DNA from: an archaeon
GTDB lineage: Archaea; Asgardarchaeota; Thorarchaeia; Thorarchaeales; Thorarchaeaceae
Reading direction: 5' to 3'
Length of the DNA: 57,736 nt
Assembly: GCA_024276825.1 (NCBI GenBank)
Contig: JAJRWI010000062.1
Location: 1-57,736, forward strand
Shown here: in pieces, positions 46,629 through 55,349 of the stretch
How positions within the stretch are numbered: the first letter of the stretch is position 1
Layout: each line of letters starts with the position of its first letter
Notes under the pieces: model-generated
Told to the model about the DNA's origin: nothing
What the model saw: only the letters and a program-made list of their open reading frames with translations
The model's database searches: none
Program-made: the position numbers and the translations under genes

Positions 46629-48464
46629 ATGAGTGATGAGTGGTCGATAGACAAATCAAAACTAGTGTTCGGAGTTGGCAGGAATGACTTGCGGTTCCTC
46701 GATATAAACGAGGAGGGCGAACTTGTTCTGGTTATTAATGGCCACTCAATCACATTCTCTGAGATAGTTAGACGCATTGAGCAGGAGAATGGCAATCATC
46801 CAAGGTATACATCATCATTCACTCTGAGGATTCCACAACTGATCAGTTCTCAGGTATTAAGACTGAGAGCTGCTTTTGAGAATGCCCGTAATGAATTAGA
46901 ATACAATGGCCGCTTCTTGGCAGTATATCCTGTAAAGGTCAACCAGAGGTATGATTGTGTTGCTGCTGTTATTGCTTCAGACAAAGAGTACGGTCTTGAA
47001 GCTGGTACTAAGGCAGAACTCTTACTGATTAAAAGAATCATCAGCAATGAGAAACATCGTAGAATTGTCTGTAATGGTGCGAAGGACCCAGAGTATCTTA
47101 AAATGATCCATGAGTGCATCAAAGAAGGATACAATATGACAATATCCATCGAGTCCTTGCATGAAGCGAGTCTGATTATTGATAGATTCAATCCTGATGA
47201 AACGGAACTTGTCCTCAGATTAAAGCCCTATATAGAAGTCGAAGGGCATTGGTCCCACTCAATAGGCAGGGACTCAAAGTTTGGACTGAGTGTCCATGAT
47301 CTGTATGATGTTATTGATCTGTTTAAACGGACAGGTTTCATAAACTCGGTAACTACAATTCTGGCGCATGTTGGGTCGCAGATAGAGGATGTCACAAGCT
47401 TCAGACGATTTGGCAGGTACATGACAAGAATCTTCCACCAACTGAGAAGAATGGGGCTTGAAAATCTCAAAATCATCGATTTCGGTGGAGGCCTTGCCAT
47501 TGATTACACTAGCTCCAATCTTCCAGACTTCATGGAAACCTATGCTAGGATGTTGATTGAAGGAATTAAGGAGGGGCTCTCCGAAGTCTCAACAGAGGTT
47601 GAACCTGACATCCTGATTGAGGCTGGTCGGGGGATTACCGCTTTGGGATCTCTCGTGATTGTGAAGGCTCTTGAAGTACGTTCAGTGTTTCCACACAGGG
47701 ACGGACTCTCTGAGGAGTATGACAAGAAGAAGATTGCGTGGACCAAAAGAATTCAAGAAACCACAACACTCAAGGAACTGATTGATGTTTGGAACGAGTT
47801 TCACACAGAGCTCTCCTCGGAAGACCCACTATTGACAAAAACTCTTGATGATGAAGCTCTTGTTGGAGAGTTGGAAAGGGTAACCAGAGAACACATAGCA
47901 AAAGTGCTTGTTGCTAGAGGAGAGAGAGATTTCAAGCAGTTCAAACCAAACAGAGATCTCTGGTATCCCGAGCATATTGTTATTGGAAACTTCAGCGTGT
48001 TCAATTCAATAGGCGACTACGTGCTTGTGGATCAGCACTTCCCAATCATTCCAATTCGGGACCTCAATGTACGCCCTGAAACCACCGTAAGACTCGTTGA
48101 CATCACTTGCGACTCAGATGGTGAGTGCTCGCGTTTCTTCAGACCTGCATATGACATGATACTCTTTACTAGAGATCACAGACCCTTGACCATGCCTACA
48201 TCTCAATTTAATCAAGGCATTCCAGTGGGCATTCTGGGAAATGTGCAGGGTTCTTGTTTTGTCATTGCACTTACAGGTGCATATCAAGATGTGATTGAGA
48301 TGGATCACAACTTACTCGGAGACCTCCCTGATGTGCAAATCACTGTGAATGACAATGGAGAGTGGACATTGCTCTGGTTGGAGGGCGCTGAAACCATGCA
48401 AGAAATTCTCCGGGAAGTCGGCTTTGACATAGAAACAAAATATGATCCTTACATGTCAGACTAG
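46629..48464 (+). CDS. speA: Biosynthetic PLP-dependent arginine decarboxylase (fold III)
   Basis: VYPVKVNQ (PLP Lys), GLEAGTKAEL, CNGAKD, SKFGL, HVGSQI, DFGGGLAIDY, TCDSDG, GAYQD. Confidence 0.85.
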   Translation: MSDEWSIDKSKLVFGVGRNDLRFLDINEEGELVLVINGHSITFSEIVRRIEQENGNHPRYTSSFTLRIPQLISSQVLRLRAAFENARNELEYNGRFLAVYPVKVNQRYDCVAAVIASDKEYGLEAGTKAELLLIKRIISNEKHRRIVCNGAKDPEYLKMIHECIKEGYNMTISIESLHEASLIIDRFNPDETELVLRLKPYIEVEGHWSHSIGRDSKFGLSVHDLYDVIDLFKRTGFINSVTTILAHVGSQIEDVTSFRRFGRYMTRIFHQLRRMGLENLKIIDFGGGLAIDYTSSNLPDFMETYARMLIEGIKEGLSEVSTEVEPDILIEAGRGITALGSLVIVKALEVRSVFPHRDGLSEEYDKKKIAWTKRIQETTTLKELIDVWNEFHTELSSEDPLLTKTLDDEALVGELERVTREHIAKVLVARGERDFKQFKPNRDLWYPEHIVIGNFSVFNSIGDYVLVDQHFPIIPIRDLNVRPETTVRLVDITCDSDGECSRFFRPAYDMILFTRDHRPLTMPTSQFNQGIPVGILGNVQGSCFVIALTGAYQDVIEMDHNLLGDLPDVQITVNDNGEWTLLWLEGAETMQEILREVGFDIETKYDPYMSD

Positions 48465-48519
48465 ATTGCCAGATGATTTAATTCATAAGTCTAACAAAGA
48501 TATTCTCGATGAGCGCAAA

Positions 48520-49329
48520 ATGAACAAATCACTCTCAGAAAAGATCAGCAGAATACATGAGATGTTTGAGGGAAAAAAGGTTCTAGTTGCCTTTAGCGGC
48601 GGTGTCGATAGTTCCACATTGGCAGCAATAGCCAAGACCTGCGCAAAGTCTGTAAATCTGATCTTCGTGGATGGCACTCTTACTCCCGATGAAGATGTCG
48701 TTTATGCAAGGAAAGTGGCAGATGAACTCGGTATCGACTTGACTGTCATAGAAATAGACCAATTAGAAGACCCCAAGTTCAGGGGAAATCCAATAGACCG
48801 CTGCTATTTATGCAAGAAGGGCCTCTCGAAGGAATGGATTCGTTTCGGGAACGAGATTGGGGCAGACATTATTGTTGATGGCACCAATGCCAGCGATCTT
48901 AACGAGTATCGTCCTGGGAAGAGGGCACTGAAAGAGGCAGGAGTCAGATCTCCATTCCTAGAGGTGGGAATGACAAAGAAAGATATCAGAGAGTATGCGA
49001 GATCGATTGATCTGTCCGTGGGCGACAGGCCATCAATGGCATGCTTTGGCTCAAGGTTCCCCTACAATACTGAAATCACACCCGAGAGAGTCAGGAAGAT
49101 AGCCGAGGTCGAGAGAATCGCGAGAGAAGTGTTTGGAATCAGAACCCTCAGAGCAAGGTATCATGGAAACCTAGTCAGACTTGAGATTGGACGCGATGAG
49201 CGACACAAGGCCTTTGATGAGAGTCTTCTGGATCAGTTTGTAGAGCTTGTGAAATCTGTGGGCTTCACATATGTCGCCATAGATGCATTTGGGTACAGAG
49301 CAGGGTCAATGAACGAGGGAACATCTTAG
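48520..49329 (+). CDS. larE: LarE-family ATP-dependent sulfur transferase (TIGR00268-like)
   Basis: AFSGGVDS PP-loop, RCYLCK, DGTNASD, RPG, PSMACFGSRFPY, GYRAGSMN. Confidence 0.88.
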   Translation: MNKSLSEKISRIHEMFEGKKVLVAFSGGVDSSTLAAIAKTCAKSVNLIFVDGTLTPDEDVVYARKVADELGIDLTVIEIDQLEDPKFRGNPIDRCYLCKKGLSKEWIRFGNEIGADIIVDGTNASDLNEYRPGKRALKEAGVRSPFLEVGMTKKDIREYARSIDLSVGDRPSMACFGSRFPYNTEITPERVRKIAEVERIAREVFGIRTLRARYHGNLVRLEIGRDERHKAFDESLLDQFVELVKSVGFTYVAIDAFGYRAGSMNEGTS

Positions 49330-49382
49330 AACTGGGATGCTTGTTTATATCATCTCACCAATCAAAAGAGATGAAGAACGAA

Positions 49383-50564
49383 TCAATTCACGATACATAT
49401 CAGCTCTCTTTGGGGCCTTGATAGAAATTTGCAACCAGCACTTGTCACAAGTACATCTTCTTCAAGGCTCACCTGTCCATAGTTCTTTGTGGTCACATAG
49501 AGTTCCAGTGTGAACACATTTCCAGACTCAACTTTGCCTTTTGGTGAATCACTGTAACGCTCCCATAGCGGACCAAGTAATGTACCACCATCATGAGCAT
49601 GACGACCGAGTTGATGACCGAGGGCATGCTGGTACTCCTCATATCCATGATCTTTCACATAATCTCGCGCTATCGCATCCACCTCAAAGCCTCTCACGCC
49701 GGGCCTGATGAACTCTGATGCCTTCTGAATTGCATCACGCACTGTTTCAAATGCTGCTGATACCTCATCAGGAATGTCAGATTTTGCGCCCATAAAGAGC
49801 ATACGCTGAATGTCCGAGCAGTAGCCATTCCATCTCACACCAAAGTCGAAATGAACAAGATGACCCGCCTTGACCTTATTGTCAGATGGGAGACCATGAC
49901 CAAACTGCTTGTTGGGGCCCGCATCAACAGCGGGATTATGATCAATGTTCCAAGCGGGGCCCACGCCAAGCTCGGTCATTAGTCTGTGAAACTGATCAGC
50001 AATCTCAATCTCAGTCATCCCCACCCTGACAAATGATTGAGCCTTCTTGTAGATCTCCTCTGTTATGTCAATGGCCTTCTGAATCCGCCGGACCTCTTCT
50101 TCGGTCTTTCTTCCTCGAAGATGCTCTATCAAGGTTTCAGCACTGGTCAATCGTTTCAAGTAAGGAGTACCATCCAGCATCTCTCTCAGAATCATGAACA
50201 TGCCATGAGTGAGACCATCAGCGGCCACGTTGTTCTTGCTGTAATTGATTGCGATGCTAATGGGATTGATTCTTTGTATCTCTTCAAGTAGGACAGGTCT
50301 GATGTCCTTTGTGTAAGGTACAACCCTCTGAAAGACACCCTTCGACTCCACTGCATCAGCATCAAAGTTTCCTACAATTGCGATACGTTCCCCGCTCTTT
50401 GTATAGATCAGTGCAGAGTTCCAGACTAAGTCAATTCCCGCAATCAGAGGCAAGACAGGATCTAGTGTCTGGGAGGTCTCTCGCACCCAGACAAGCCACA
50501 TGTCAATGTCAATCTTACTCAGGATTTCACAGGATTGTTTTGACTTTTCAAGTTCCAGAGTCAT
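49383..50564 (-). CDS. Xaa-Pro aminopeptidase (M24 family)
   Basis: RGRKTEEE, DFGV..GYCSDIQR, HALGHQLG..HD, TLE, LEED. Confidence 0.9.
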   Translation of the reverse strand: MTLELEKSKQSCEILSKIDIDMWLVWVRETSQTLDPVLPLIAGIDLVWNSALIYTKSGERIAIVGNFDADAVESKGVFQRVVPYTKDIRPVLLEEIQRINPISIAINYSKNNVAADGLTHGMFMILREMLDGTPYLKRLTSAETLIEHLRGRKTEEEVRRIQKAIDITEEIYKKAQSFVRVGMTEIEIADQFHRLMTELGVGPAWNIDHNPAVDAGPNKQFGHGLPSDNKVKAGHLVHFDFGVRWNGYCSDIQRMLFMGAKSDIPDEVSAAFETVRDAIQKASEFIRPGVRGFEVDAIARDYVKDHGYEEYQHALGHQLGRHAHDGGTLLGPLWERYSDSPKGKVESGNVFTLELYVTTKNYGQVSLEEDVLVTSAGCKFLSRPQRELICIVN

Positions 50565-50642
50565 GGCAATCATCACAATTAATTGAACAACACATGACAT
50601 TGAAACAATCATCTATAAGAGATATTTGAAAGGACACAACGC

Positions 50643-51044
50643 ATGGGAGAAGGCATATTCACTCTGAACCTTCGTGATATTCAACCGAGTCAGCTCTATA
50701 TTAGCAGTTCAAAACTTGCCAAGGTACTTGAACTATTCAAGAGAGGAAGACTTGATGATGTCGAGCCTGTGCCTGTCAAGGTTCTAGATGGAGAGTATGT
50801 GTCTACTGATGGTCATACCAGAATGATGGCTTGGTTTTTAAATGGATATTCTGAGATTCCTGTTGTCTGGGAGAATGAAGAGCTCTCTTGGGATGCTTAC
50901 AGAACTTGTGTGAGATGGTGCAAGGAAGAAGGAATCACATGGATTGGTGATCTAGAAGACAGGATTGTTAGCGATAGTGGATATCAGAGGCTTTGGTATG
51001 ATAGATGTGACACACTCCATAAAGAACTAGAACTAGAAGAGTGA
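50643..51044 (+). CDS. ParB/Srx-like N-terminal domain protein
   Basis: LRDIQPSQLYIS, PVPVKVLDGEYVSTDGHTR. Confidence 0.65.
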   Translation: MGEGIFTLNLRDIQPSQLYISSSKLAKVLELFKRGRLDDVEPVPVKVLDGEYVSTDGHTRMMAWFLNGYSEIPVVWENEELSWDAYRTCVRWCKEEGITWIGDLEDRIVSDSGYQRLWYDRCDTLHKELELEE

Positions 51045-51101
51045 TTCAATCCATATTTACTGATTTTTTTTCAGACCACTAAGGTTAAATATGTATGACA
51101 C

Positions 51102-51129
51102 TTAACAATAGTTAGTTAACAATAGTTAG
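51102..51129. repeat. Perfect 14-bp tandem repeat (TTAACAATAGTTAG x2), candidate operator
   Basis: Lies between a TATA-like TTAAATAT (~51085) and the tusA start; each unit contains TAAC-N4-GTTA. Confidence 0.7.
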
Positions 51130-51130
51130 T

Positions 51131-51382
51131 GTGATGAAGATGACCGAAGAAGCACCTGTGAAGAGCATAGACTGCACAGGACTGTATTGTCCTCAGCCAA
51201 TATTCGAGGTCAAGAAGGCGATAAACACAGTAGAGATTGGCGAAGTACTGGAGATGTTCGCCGACGATCCAGGTGCTGAAGAGGACATGAAGAGATTTGC
51301 TAAACGAATGGGACATGAGTTGCTCTTGGTTGAACATCAGGAATACGGTGTGATCAGGTTTCTCTTTCGAAGGTTGAAATAG
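51131..51382 (+). CDS. tusA: Sulfur carrier, TusA/SirA family
   Basis: IDCTGLYCPQP, ADDPGAEED. Confidence 0.9.
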   Translation: MMKMTEEAPVKSIDCTGLYCPQPIFEVKKAINTVEIGEVLEMFADDPGAEEDMKRFAKRMGHELLLVEHQEYGVIRFLFRRLK

Positions 51383-51393
51383 AGAGGATTAAG

Positions 51394-52560
51394 ATGTCAA
51401 ACACAGTCTATCTGGACTATCACACAGCAAAGCCTGTAGACCCACGAGTATTGGACGAGATGATGCCGTGGTTCACTGAGAGGTTTGCGAACCCATCTTC
51501 GTTGCACAGGGATGGTGACCTCGCTACTGAAGCTCTTGAGGCAAGTAGAGAGAAAGTTGCACAATTCGTCAATGCGGACAATGATGAGATAATCTTCACA
51601 TCAGGAGCCACCGAGTCCATCAATCTTGCGATTATTGGCTACATGATGAAGAACAGGAAGAGAGGAAACCACCTGATAATTTCAGAAGTGGAGCACATCT
51701 CAATTCACAACATTGCGAAGTATCTTGAGAGGCTTGGATTCAATGTTTCAAAGGTTCCAGTGGATCAGTACGGACGTGTGAAACTCTCAAAGTTAGAGAG
51801 GCGAGTCACGGACAAGACAATTCTCATTTCAATCCAATATGCAAACAATGAGATAGGCACTGTTCAGAATATCCAAGAGATTGGAGAATTTGCAAACGAG
51901 AGGGGCATTGCATTTCACACAGATGCGGTTGCTGCAGAAGGCCTGGTCCCAATCAATGTAGAGAGGGACAATATCAACCTGATGTCAATATCATCCAACG
52001 ACATCTATGGACCCCGAGGCGTTGGGGCACTTGTGATGAGAAAGAGGTATCGTGTGAATCCAGTGATGATTGGCGGAGGTCAGGAGCGAGGACTGCGTTC
52101 AGGCTCAGAGGACATTCCGGGAATAGTGGGGATGGCAAAAGCTGCAGAAATAATGCAGAGCGAGATGGATGATGAGGTCAGGAGATTCAAAGCCTGGCGG
52201 GACAGACTGATTAGAGAAGTACTGAGCATAATTCCAGACGCCCATTTGAATGGCCATCCAACCGACAGATTGGCGAGCAATGCACACTTCCGATTTGAGG
52301 GGGTGGAGGGCGAGGCCCTGCTATTGTCATTCAAGGACAAGGGGATCTCTGTATCGACAGGTTCTGCATGCTCCTCAAAGACACTTGAACCATCGCATAC
52401 ACTGATATCAACAGGATTGTTGCACGAGGAGGCACATGACTCTCTGCAACTGACAATTGGCAGGTTCACAAAGAATGAGGACATAGATACAGTCCTTAAA
52501 GCACTGCCTGAGATTGTTGGAAAACTGCGGGAGATGTCCCCCATCTACAAAGGGAGATAA
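51394..52560 (+). CDS. iscS: IscS-like cysteine desulfurase homolog (PLP Lys replaced by Asp)
   Basis: ANPSSLH, FTSGATES, NNEIGT, GGGQERGLRSG, STGSACSS; SSNDIYGP in place of SxHKxYGP. Confidence 0.88.
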   Translation: MSNTVYLDYHTAKPVDPRVLDEMMPWFTERFANPSSLHRDGDLATEALEASREKVAQFVNADNDEIIFTSGATESINLAIIGYMMKNRKRGNHLIISEVEHISIHNIAKYLERLGFNVSKVPVDQYGRVKLSKLERRVTDKTILISIQYANNEIGTVQNIQEIGEFANERGIAFHTDAVAAEGLVPINVERDNINLMSISSNDIYGPRGVGALVMRKRYRVNPVMIGGGQERGLRSGSEDIPGIVGMAKAAEIMQSEMDDEVRRFKAWRDRLIREVLSIIPDAHLNGHPTDRLASNAHFRFEGVEGEALLLSFKDKGISVSTGSACSSKTLEPSHTLISTGLLHEEAHDSLQLTIGRFTKNEDIDTVLKALPEIVGKLREMSPIYKGR

Positions 52561-52563
52561 ATT

Positions 52564-53343
52564 ATGATGAAATCAACAAGTTATTCAGAGAAAGTTTTGG
52601 ATCACTTCAGAAATCCGCGCAATGTCGGAGTTCTTGAGGGTGACGATGTAGCAGTTGGAAGAGTTGGAAATCCCACTTGCGGAGACCTCATGGAGGTGTT
52701 CATCCGTGTAGATGGTGACAGGATCGTGGATGCCAAGTTCAGAACATTTGGCTGCGGTTCTGCAATTGCAACAAGCAGCATGACAACCGAGCTTGTGAAA
52801 GGAATGACTCTGGAGGAGGCATTGCAGGTCACAAGATCGGATGTTGCTGACGCCTTAGATGGACTGCCACCAATTAAGATGCATTGCAGTAATTTAGCTG
52901 CTGATGCACTTCATGAGGCCATAAGGAATTACAGATCACGAGGAATCAAAGTCAACGATAGCGAGGGAGGCGAGGCCTTTGACAAGAGCTGTCTGATCGG
53001 ACTTGATGAGTATTTAGACAGAGGGCTCTACTTGTCATATGACGAAGCTGAGATCTTCGAGGGGCAACGCACCCTTGTGCTTCATACTGGCGATGAGTCT
53101 CTCAGGGCGGCAATCGAACTGACTGGTGTCACTAACCGAGTGATACTCCTCAGTGCTGCAGACCACATTGTCACTACTGAAGAACTTCAGAGAGAACTTG
53201 AGTCTTCAAATGTGAAGATTCTTACAATGTCAAAGCTTCTCGAGATTCGCGGTGATGATGAAGTAGAAAAGGTATTGATACACAACGTTGAGGAAGACGA
53301 GGACTACGAACTCTTTGTAGATGCTGTGCTCATCATTGATTGA
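52564..53343 (+). CDS. iscU: IscU/NifU scaffold fused to a degenerate thioredoxin-reductase NADPH-binding domain
   Basis: DHFRNPRNVG, NPTCGD, FGCGSAIA, LPPIKMHCS; the C-terminal 120 aa follow the TrxB middle-domain pattern. Confidence 0.85.
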   Translation: MMKSTSYSEKVLDHFRNPRNVGVLEGDDVAVGRVGNPTCGDLMEVFIRVDGDRIVDAKFRTFGCGSAIATSSMTTELVKGMTLEEALQVTRSDVADALDGLPPIKMHCSNLAADALHEAIRNYRSRGIKVNDSEGGEAFDKSCLIGLDEYLDRGLYLSYDEAEIFEGQRTLVLHTGDESLRAAIELTGVTNRVILLSAADHIVTTEELQRELESSNVKILTMSKLLEIRGDDEVEKVLIHNVEEDEDYELFVDAVLIID

Positions 53344-53502
53344 AAACTGATGAACATGCTGTTTCACCAGCAATATTAATCTGAAGTAGTTTCATGAGTA
53401 TTCGCCTGTATTAGTCATCAAATCTGCTTGAGGAGAGGAGTTTCTATCTGTTTTAATTAAATTCATATTCATTTGTTAAGGGCAAAGAACAAGGTTCTGA
53501 GT

Positions 53503-54594
53503 ATGACACTGTCAACGATTGGGATTATCCTGTATTTCTTTGAGCAGATGGCTTTCATCAGTGGTGCTTCACTGATGTGGAGCATCTACCGCAGATACAG
53601 ATTTGCATCGCATGGATACATGGTTCTGTCGTTTATTTCGTGGATAATCAGTTCATCAAGCAGAATGATGCTGAACAGCATGGAAATCATTGATGCACTT
53701 CTTCAACAGGCCTTTTGGATTATGATGAACTTCTTTCTAGTGATAGGAATAATAACTACATTCTATTCGTTCTTCTATTTCCAATACAACAGAATGCCCG
53801 CGAGAGCAAACATTGCATCACTCCTTGGAGGCGCAACACTACTCGCATTTTGTAACCCTGATTGGTTTGAGTTGTCATATATATCGGACCTTGGAATATT
53901 CATTGCAACATATGACTCGAGAATCAATCTTTTTGCGGGACCTCTCATTCTACTCTTTGTGATTGTGTTCTTATTGCCCATCTACACAAAGTATCGCCTA
54001 GCCACAACAAAGGAGATCAAGCATGAGAGCCTGAGCCTGTTAATTGTGCTCTCATTTCTTCTACTCTGGGCCGCAATGAGCGCAATATCCTCAATCACAC
54101 TCGTGCAGATCATTCGGCCGTTCTTTTTTGCTGCCGGATGGATTGTCTGGGTTGTCCTGACAAAGCGGCGTCCCTTGAACCTAATCTTCACACAGCGCAG
54201 ATTTGAGAAGGTCCTTGTGATGACAGATTCAGGATATCCAATCTTGCTATATGATTTTGAGACCCATGAGTTAGATGATCCTTCATTGTTCTCAGCATTG
54301 TTCTCTGCACTTCAGAGTATGATGAAGGACCTCATGAGCTCAAGCGCTGCACTAAAGTCAATATACTATGAGAACAAGGTTGTCACTGTGGAGAAACGAA
54401 ACGAGATTATCTTTCTTGGTATTGGCGACGAGCCTGACACAGCACTGACTGTGGCCCTGCAGGTCTTTGCGGACAACATATTGGAGAAGTATAAGACATT
54501 GGTGTCCTCAGATGGCTCGGTAATAGTGGACTTGAACGATGATGATGAGATCAGAGAGATAATTGCTAGGTCATTTGAGAGAGTGATATTCTAA
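53503..54594 (+). CDS. 7-TM membrane protein with C-terminal longin-like domain
   Basis: Seven hydrophobic segments, then VLVMTDSGYPIL...LFSALFSALQSMMKD...KSIYYENKVVTVE. Confidence 0.7.
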   Translation: MTLSTIGIILYFFEQMAFISGASLMWSIYRRYRFASHGYMVLSFISWIISSSSRMMLNSMEIIDALLQQAFWIMMNFFLVIGIITTFYSFFYFQYNRMPARANIASLLGGATLLAFCNPDWFELSYISDLGIFIATYDSRINLFAGPLILLFVIVFLLPIYTKYRLATTKEIKHESLSLLIVLSFLLLWAAMSAISSITLVQIIRPFFFAAGWIVWVVLTKRRPLNLIFTQRRFEKVLVMTDSGYPILLYDFETHELDDPSLFSALFSALQSMMKDLMSSSAALKSIYYENKVVTVEKRNEIIFLGIGDEPDTALTVALQVFADNILEKYKTLVSSDGSVIVDLNDDDEIREIIARSFERVIF

Positions 54595-54633
54595 TCAGAC
54601 GACTGCAAGTATTGGCAGGTCATTCTGGTCCGG

Positions 54634-55287
54634 TCATAGCAAATCTTTCAACATAACTGCAGCTCGGTCCAGTTCAACATCCACCTTTCCCACTCGGCGT
54701 TCTTTACGTGCAATCGCAACACGCCAGTTCTCATCCTCAGGAACAAGAATAAACCGCTTGGACTCGCCATCCAGAAGTGCACCAGTGATTTCGCCAAGTT
54801 CGATGTTTGCTGAGAGCATCTGAATGCCAGACCAGAGGGCTGTTGTCGCACTGAATAAATGGGTCTCATCGATAGAACTGTCAAGTGACTCGGGCTCAGA
54901 AACACCAGTGGAAGTGACAAGAATGCTTCTTTCTGTTTGATCAGGACTGATTGAGATCTTTCGACCGAACGATGGTGAAACTGCAACGAACCAAGAGAGT
55001 AGACTGCCATCAGGCTTTCTCAGCGGTTTCACAATGACATTTCGAGAAGTACCACCAACAAGGATGTGCTCAGATTGCCCCAGATTCAGTTCGGAACTTG
55101 CTCTGTCAAAGATTGAGAAGATTGTTCTTGCAGCAACTCCAAGATTCATGTCAATTCCAACAGAAGCAACAGGAAGCCCAAGTGATGAGATTAAGGCAAT
55201 GCTCTCAAGACCACCGCGTTTGTGAGCGTGGCTTATCACAGCCTGAATTGCATTCATATCTGTCCCCATTTTGTACACCTTGTTCAT
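54634..55287 (-). CDS. Tandem Roadblock/LC7 domain protein
   Basis: IALISSLGLPVAS...ASSELNLGQSEHILVGG and ILVTSTGV...LSANIELGEITGALLDG. Confidence 0.7.
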   Translation of the reverse strand: MNKVYKMGTDMNAIQAVISHAHKRGGLESIALISSLGLPVASVGIDMNLGVAARTIFSIFDRASSELNLGQSEHILVGGTSRNVIVKPLRKPDGSLLSWFVAVSPSFGRKISISPDQTERSILVTSTGVSEPESLDSSIDETHLFSATTALWSGIQMLSANIELGEITGALLDGESKRFILVPEDENWRVAIARKERRVGKVDVELDRAAVMLKDLL

Positions 55288-55349
55288 CTGATTAAACAGT
55301 AGTGGCTCTCACAGGTCATACGTAAGAATCATAGAAAAACAATTGTCGC

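Noticed and set aside
51102-51129. CRISPR repeat
   Set aside because: Only two adjacent 14-bp units with no spacer and no cas genes
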